64,000 bases of DNA from an uncultured Holophagales bacterium (lineage in GTDB: Bacteria; Acidobacteriota; Thermoanaerobaculia; Multivoradales; UBA5704), in assembly GCA_963842525.1 (NCBI GenBank), contig CAWJGT010000001.1, forward strand, positions 480,001 through 544,000, in the 5' to 3' direction. The notes below the pieces were generated by a model. The model had not been told where the DNA came from. It searched no databases and worked only from the letters and a program-made list of their open reading frames with translations. Both the position numbers and the translations under genes were made by a program. Shown in pieces: positions 59,095-64,000 of this stretch; the first letter of the stretch is position 1; every line of letters starts with the position of its first letter.

Positions 59095-59186
59095 ATTTAT
59101 TACTTCTCCTACACCCCCAGCGAACCCTGTCGCTCCTGACCCAATTCTCCGTCAATACCCAAATGCTCTTTTATAGATTCAACCTT

Positions 59187-59304
59187 TTCCGGTGGCTCTG
59201 GCGAGGGGGTCACACCCGTTCCCTTTCCGAACACGGCAGTTAAGCCCCTCCGCGCCGATGGTACTGCCCGCGCAAGTGGGTGGGAGAGTAGGTCGCTGCC
59301 GGAA
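59187..59304 (+). rRNA. rrf: 5S rRNA (operon 2)
   Basis: Copy of 52415-52532. Confidence 0.96.
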
Positions 59305-59364
59305 AGATCTTTTCAGGCCCTCCCACAAGGAGGGCCGTCGTTTTTCTGTGCCAGAATAGGGCCC

Positions 59365-61608
59365 GTGATCGGCCAGACAGTCTCGCATTACCGAATCGTC
59401 GAGAAGCTCGGCACCGGGGGCATGGGCGTGGTGTATCGTGCCGAGGATCTGCGCCTCCAGAGGTCCGTTGCCCTCAAGTTCCTCCATCCCGGCGCGCGCA
59501 GCGATGCCAAGGCGCGCGAGCGCTTCATGCGCGAGGCCCATTCGGCTTCGCGGCTGGACCACCCCAACCTCTGCACCATCTTCGCGGTCGAGACCTCCGA
59601 AGACGGGCAGATGTTCATCGCCATGGCCTACTACGAAGGGGAGACCCTGGGGCAAAGGCTGCGGCGGGGCCGCCTCGAGGTCCCTGAGACGATCGAGATC
59701 GTCCTCCAGGTCCTGGCCGGCCTCGCATATGCGCACGAGGAGCGGGTCTATCACCGCGACATCAAACCCTCCAACCTGATGATCACCCGCCGTGGCGAGG
59801 TGAAGATCCTCGACTTTGGCATCGCCCGCCCGGCCGAGGACACGGCGATCACCCAGCTCGGCATGGCGGTGGGGACCCTGCCGTACATGTCTCCCGAGCA
59901 GTCGATGGGCCGCGAGGTGGACCAGCGGACCGACCTCTGGGCGGTTGGGGTTCTCCTGTGCGAGATGCTCACCGGGGAACGCCCTTTCCGCGGTGGCAAT
60001 ACCACGATGCGGCGCTCGATCCTCGAAGCGAGCCCAGAGCCGGTCACGGACCTTTCCACCCGGGACCTCGCCCTGCTCCAGCCGGTCATCACCAGGGCGC
60101 TCGCCAAGGACCCGGGGCAGCGCTATCAGAACGCCCGGGAGATGCGCGATCATCTCCTCCAGGTGCGGAGCGTCGCCAACTCGACCGTGGGCAGCCAGGC
60201 GGCTGCGCCTCTCCAGCCCTCGATCGCGGTCCTTCCCTTTTCGGATCTCAGCTCGGAGCGCGATCAGGAGTACTTCTGTGCGGGCTTGAGCGAGGAGCTG
60301 ATCAGCGCCTTGGCGCGCCTGGAGGGGCTGCGCGTGGCTTCGCGCACCTCCGCGTTCCAGTACAAGGACCGGGCGGTGGACGTCCGGGTGATTGGCCAGC
60401 AGCTCAATGTGCGGACCGTGCTCGAGGGGAGCGTCCGCAAGGCCGGCAACCGTCTCCGGATCACGGTCCAGCTCACGGACGTGGACGCCGGCTATGGCCT
60501 CTGGGCGGGGCGGTACGACCGCGAGATGGAGGACATCTTCGCGGTGCAGGAGGAGATCGCGGAGAGCATCGCGGCCACGCTGCGGGAGACGTTCTCCATT
60601 CCGATGAAGGGGGCTGCCGCGCGGTCGCGGACCGGCAGCGTCGAGTCCTATCACGCCTACCTCCGCGGCAGGTATTTCTGGAACAAGCGGACGGAGGATG
60701 ACATCCTCAAGGGAATCCGCTGTTTCAACGAGGCCGTCGAGTCCGATCCTGGATTTGCGCTGCCGTATGCCGGGCTTGCCGACTCCTACGTCCTCCTCGG
60801 GCTCTACGGCGCCGCGCCGCCGAGCGAGGTGATGCCGCGCGGGCGCGAGGCTGCGGTCCGTGCGCTCGAGCTGGACCGGACGCTGGCCGAAGCGCACACC
60901 TCGCTGGGCTGCATCAGCTCGCTGTACGACTGGAACTGGGCCAAGGCGCGGGAGAGCTTCCGGCGCGCGATCGAGCTCGCTCCCGGCTATGCGACGGCGC
61001 ACCAGTGGTATGCGATGGATTACCTGACCCCTCTCCGGCAGTTCGAGCGGGCGGCCTCCGAGCTGCGGATCGCCCAGGAGCTCGATCCCCTTTCGCTGCC
61101 GGTCCTCTGCAGCATCGCCATCCAGCGCTTCTACATGCGGGACTATGCCGCCGCCATTGCGCAGTGCCGGCAGGCGCTCGAGGTGGATCCCGAGTTCGCG
61201 ACCGCCCGCCTCTTCCTGGGGTTGAGCCATGTGCAGCAGGAGCGGTACGGGGAGGCGATCTCCGCGCTGCAGGCCGCGGCGGCGCTCGAGGAGAGCGACG
61301 AAGCCCTGGCCGACCTCGGCTATGCCTATGCCCGGGCGGGAGAGGTTCGGCAGTCGCGGAAGATCCTCGATCAGCTCGTCGAGCGCGCGCCGAAGCGATA
61401 TGTCTCTTCGGCCCTGATCGCGCAGGTCCATGCGGGGCTCGGGGAGGCGGGTCCGGCCCTGGAGAGGCTGGAGCGCGCCTGCGAGGAGCGGGCCACCGAG
61501 CTGGCGTGGCTCCAGGTCCGCCCCTTCTTCGATCCGTTGCGTGAGGATCCCCGGTTCGTCGCCCTGCTGTCCCGTCTCGGCTTCGAGGACGGCCGAACGT
61601 CGGCATGA
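59365..61608 (+). CDS. Hanks-type Ser/Thr protein kinase with TolB_N-like domain and TPRs
   Basis: LGTGGMGVVY, VALK, HRDIKPSN, DFG, YMSPEQ; SIAVLPF...EGSVRKAGNRLRITVQL; TPR tail. Confidence 0.94.
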   Translation: MIGQTVSHYRIVEKLGTGGMGVVYRAEDLRLQRSVALKFLHPGARSDAKARERFMREAHSASRLDHPNLCTIFAVETSEDGQMFIAMAYYEGETLGQRLRRGRLEVPETIEIVLQVLAGLAYAHEERVYHRDIKPSNLMITRRGEVKILDFGIARPAEDTAITQLGMAVGTLPYMSPEQSMGREVDQRTDLWAVGVLLCEMLTGERPFRGGNTTMRRSILEASPEPVTDLSTRDLALLQPVITRALAKDPGQRYQNAREMRDHLLQVRSVANSTVGSQAAAPLQPSIAVLPFSDLSSERDQEYFCAGLSEELISALARLEGLRVASRTSAFQYKDRAVDVRVIGQQLNVRTVLEGSVRKAGNRLRITVQLTDVDAGYGLWAGRYDREMEDIFAVQEEIAESIAATLRETFSIPMKGAAARSRTGSVESYHAYLRGRYFWNKRTEDDILKGIRCFNEAVESDPGFALPYAGLADSYVLLGLYGAAPPSEVMPRGREAAVRALELDRTLAEAHTSLGCISSLYDWNWAKARESFRRAIELAPGYATAHQWYAMDYLTPLRQFERAASELRIAQELDPLSLPVLCSIAIQRFYMRDYAAAIAQCRQALEVDPEFATARLFLGLSHVQQERYGEAISALQAAAALEESDEALADLGYAYARAGEVRQSRKILDQLVERAPKRYVSSALIAQVHAGLGEAGPALERLERACEERATELAWLQVRPFFDPLREDPRFVALLSRLGFEDGRTSA

Positions 61609-61624
61609 AGGTGTCCGGCAGCTC

Positions 61625-63244
61625 GTGAAGGGCTTCCCCCTGCCATCCCGCTGGCACCGCCGGGGCGGTCGTCTGCTTCTGGCCGGCTTTCTCCTCACCT
61701 TCGCCCTTGCCGGTGTCGCAGCCGTGTGGCTCCGCGGCGGCGCTGTTCCCCCCGAGGGGCGCCGGCCCTTCCTGGTGGTGGGCATCGACGGCGGCGAGTG
61801 GAAGGTGGTGCGCCGCCTCTGGTCGGAGGGGAAGCTCCCCCACCTGAAGGACATCGCCGACCGGGGTGTCACAGCAACGCTGCGGACGGCCTACAACTCC
61901 TCTCCGGTCATCTGGACGACCGTGGCCACAGGGGTGACGCCGCGCGAGCATGGGATCACCGATTTCGTGGTGCCGACGCCGCAGGGGGACGTGCCGATCT
62001 CTTCGGACGTGCGCAAGGTGCCGGCGCTCTGGAACATGCTGTCCAAGGTGGGGCGCCGGGTGGCGGTGCTCGGCTGGTGGGGCTCGTGGCCCGCCGAGGA
62101 GGTCAACGGCGTGGTGGTGAGCGACCGGGCCCTGCTGGACCTGGAGAGGAGGGTCTATCCGTCCTCGACCCTGCCGCGGTTCCTGGAGGATGTGCGCGAG
62201 GCGGGGGCCGCCCCGGGCCTGTTCCGGGTCGACGAGGAGGCGCAGCTCCGGGATGCGGCCATGGCACGCACGGCGGAGCGCCTTGCCGGCGAGGGATACG
62301 ACCTCCTCCTCGTCTACTTCCGCAGCCCCGACATGGTCAGCCACGGCGACTGGAAGTACTTCGAGCCGGAGGAGTTCCCCGGCATCGACCCGGCCGAGCT
62401 CGCCGCCAGCCGCGACCGGGTGCCGCGCGTCTACGAGGCCGTCGACGAGGCGCTCGGCCGCATCCTCGATGCCGGGCCGCGCGGGGTCAATGTCGTCGTC
62501 CTGTCGGATCACGGCTTTCATGCCGCCAGCCCGGAGCAGGTGAAGGTGGTCCTGGACATGGATGCCGTCCTGGAGAGGCTCGGCTATCTTGCGCGGCGCG
62601 GGCGCGGCGTCGACTTCTCAAGGACCCGGGTCTACTCCTACGGTTCGCCGTCGTTCCGCCGGGCCAGGTTTCTCCGCTTCGCGCTCGCGGGCCGGGAGCC
62701 AGGGGGGCGGGTGCGTCCTCCCGACCGGGAGGAGATCCGCCGGCGGATCGCCGCGGACCTGGCGACGGTCACCTACGAGAGCGGTGCGCCGATCTTCCAC
62801 GTGCGGGATGCGCGCCCCCGGGAGGTCCGGCAGGGGGCGGACTTCGTGGTCGGCGTCTCGCCGGACCGCGCCACGCGAGTGCTGCTGGTCCAGGGAGAGC
62901 GCTTCTCGGGGGCCGTGTCGGAGATCGAACGGATCTCCGGTACGCATACGACCACGACGCACGGCTTCTTCTTCGCGGCGGGCCCTGACATCGATCCGGA
63001 GGCGAAGGTCGAGGGGATCCACATCCACGACATTGCGCCGACACTCCTCTACGGGCTCGGCCTTCCGGTCGCCGAGAATTTCGCGGGCCGGGCCTGGACG
63101 GAGCTCTACACCAAGGAGATCCGGGAGGCGCGCCCCCTGCGGACCATCCGTTCCTGGGGTGTGCGGAGGGGCGGTGGCGCTCGGACCTCCGGAGCCGACG
63201 AAAAGCTGCTGGAGGAGCTGCGGGCGTTGGGTTATCTGAACTGA
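61625..63244 (+). CDS. Alkaline phosphatase superfamily / type I phosphodiesterase; start approximate
   Basis: VVGIDG, SPVIWTTVATG, DMVSH, VLSDHGF, SGTH, DIAPTLL, LRALGYL. Confidence 0.88.
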   Translation: MKGFPLPSRWHRRGGRLLLAGFLLTFALAGVAAVWLRGGAVPPEGRRPFLVVGIDGGEWKVVRRLWSEGKLPHLKDIADRGVTATLRTAYNSSPVIWTTVATGVTPREHGITDFVVPTPQGDVPISSDVRKVPALWNMLSKVGRRVAVLGWWGSWPAEEVNGVVVSDRALLDLERRVYPSSTLPRFLEDVREAGAAPGLFRVDEEAQLRDAAMARTAERLAGEGYDLLLVYFRSPDMVSHGDWKYFEPEEFPGIDPAELAASRDRVPRVYEAVDEALGRILDAGPRGVNVVVLSDHGFHAASPEQVKVVLDMDAVLERLGYLARRGRGVDFSRTRVYSYGSPSFRRARFLRFALAGREPGGRVRPPDREEIRRRIAADLATVTYESGAPIFHVRDARPREVRQGADFVVGVSPDRATRVLLVQGERFSGAVSEIERISGTHTTTTHGFFFAAGPDIDPEAKVEGIHIHDIAPTLLYGLGLPVAENFAGRAWTELYTKEIREARPLRTIRSWGVRRGGGARTSGADEKLLEELRALGYLN

Positions 63245-63311
63245 GTTCCTCCCTCCTCTGCCCTGGCATCCGCCTTGCGAACACTCCCTGCGTGGAGAAA
63301 AGGAGGGAGCG

Positions 63312-64000
63312 ATGAGCGGAAAGAGCGAGGGGACCTTGTGGGACGCGGGCGTGGAGATGCCCGTCTTTCCACCTCTCGAAGGGAATGCACGGGTCGACGT
63401 GGCGATCGTGGGGGGCGGAATCACCGGCCTGACGGCGGCCCGGCTGCTGGTCCGCGAGGGTAGGCGGGTGGCGGTCCTCGACCAGGGACGGATCGGCAGC
63501 GGCACGACCGGGGGCACGAGCGCGCACGTCACCCAGGTGCCGGACCGCCGGTACAAGGAGCTGGCCTCCAAATTCGGCCGCGATGCCATGCGCACGGTCG
63601 TCGAGTCCTCGCGGGTGGCGCTCGACCGGATCGCCTCGCTGGTCGAGGAGGACGGGATCGACTGCGACTTCGTCCGCATCCCCGCCTGGCTCTACACCGA
63701 GTCGGAGGACGAGGTCTCCGGCCTGGAGGAGGAGGCCCGGATCGCCCGGGAGGCCGGCGTGCGCGCGGAGCTGGTGCGCGACGTGCCGTTGCCGTTCCCC
63801 GTGGCCGCGGCCATACGCTTCGAGGGCCAAGCCCGCTTCCATCCGCTATCCCACCTCGCTTCCCTGGCCCGGACGGTGGTGGCGCACGGAGGCCGGATCT
63901 ACGAGGACACCCGGGTTGTCGCGGTCCACGGCGGCGGCCATGGTGATGACAAGAACGAGCCCTGCCGGGTCGAGACCGAGCGCGGCGACGTCCTGGCCGA
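63312..64000 (+). CDS. FAD-dependent oxidoreductase (glycine/D-amino-acid oxidase family), runs off window edge
   Basis: ATG after AGGAGG; DVAIVGGGITGLTAA...IGSGTTGGTSAHVT...QARFHP. Confidence 0.9.
   Translation, partial: MSGKSEGTLWDAGVEMPVFPPLEGNARVDVAIVGGGITGLTAARLLVREGRRVAVLDQGRIGSGTTGGTSAHVTQVPDRRYKELASKFGRDAMRTVVESSRVALDRIASLVEEDGIDCDFVRIPAWLYTESEDEVSGLEEEARIAREAGVRAELVRDVPLPFPVAAAIRFEGQARFHPLSHLASLARTVVAHGGRIYEDTRVVAVHGGGHGDDKNEPCRVETERGDVLA

Overview
High-GC bacterial chromosomal window. The 16S sequence and gene style suggest Acidobacteriota (Thermoanaerobaculia-like), which is an inference. Most of it is housekeeping or accessory core: apaG, TerC, RecQ, speA with a cysteine dioxygenase and a sulfite oxidase, add, H-NS, cspA, truA-uppS-cdsA-rseP, pntB, an orphan LanC coupled to purM-purN, two nearly identical tandem rRNA operons (only the second has tRNA-Ile/Ala) and a Ser/Thr kinase. 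The most striking region is 3.7-8.1 kb. A TIR-NACHT-TIR-FGE(C-type lectin) gene faces the remnant of a second FGE gene. Their last 120 nt differ at 18 positions, 17 of them at codon positions 1-2, and both are followed by the same 8-bp GC hairpin with a GGA loop. This is the signature of remote diversity-generating retroelement (DGR) target genes; no reverse transcriptase or template repeat is visible in the window. A second system is a family of palindromic CCCCTCTCCC/GGGAGAGGGG repeats, including two ~200-bp elements with 33-bp terminal inverted repeats, physically tied to the 3' end of a decayed DUF559-type endonuclease gene. Two unexplained 21-bp-period degenerate arrays also occur. Start sites were adjusted by eye and all calls rest on motif recognition, not database searches.
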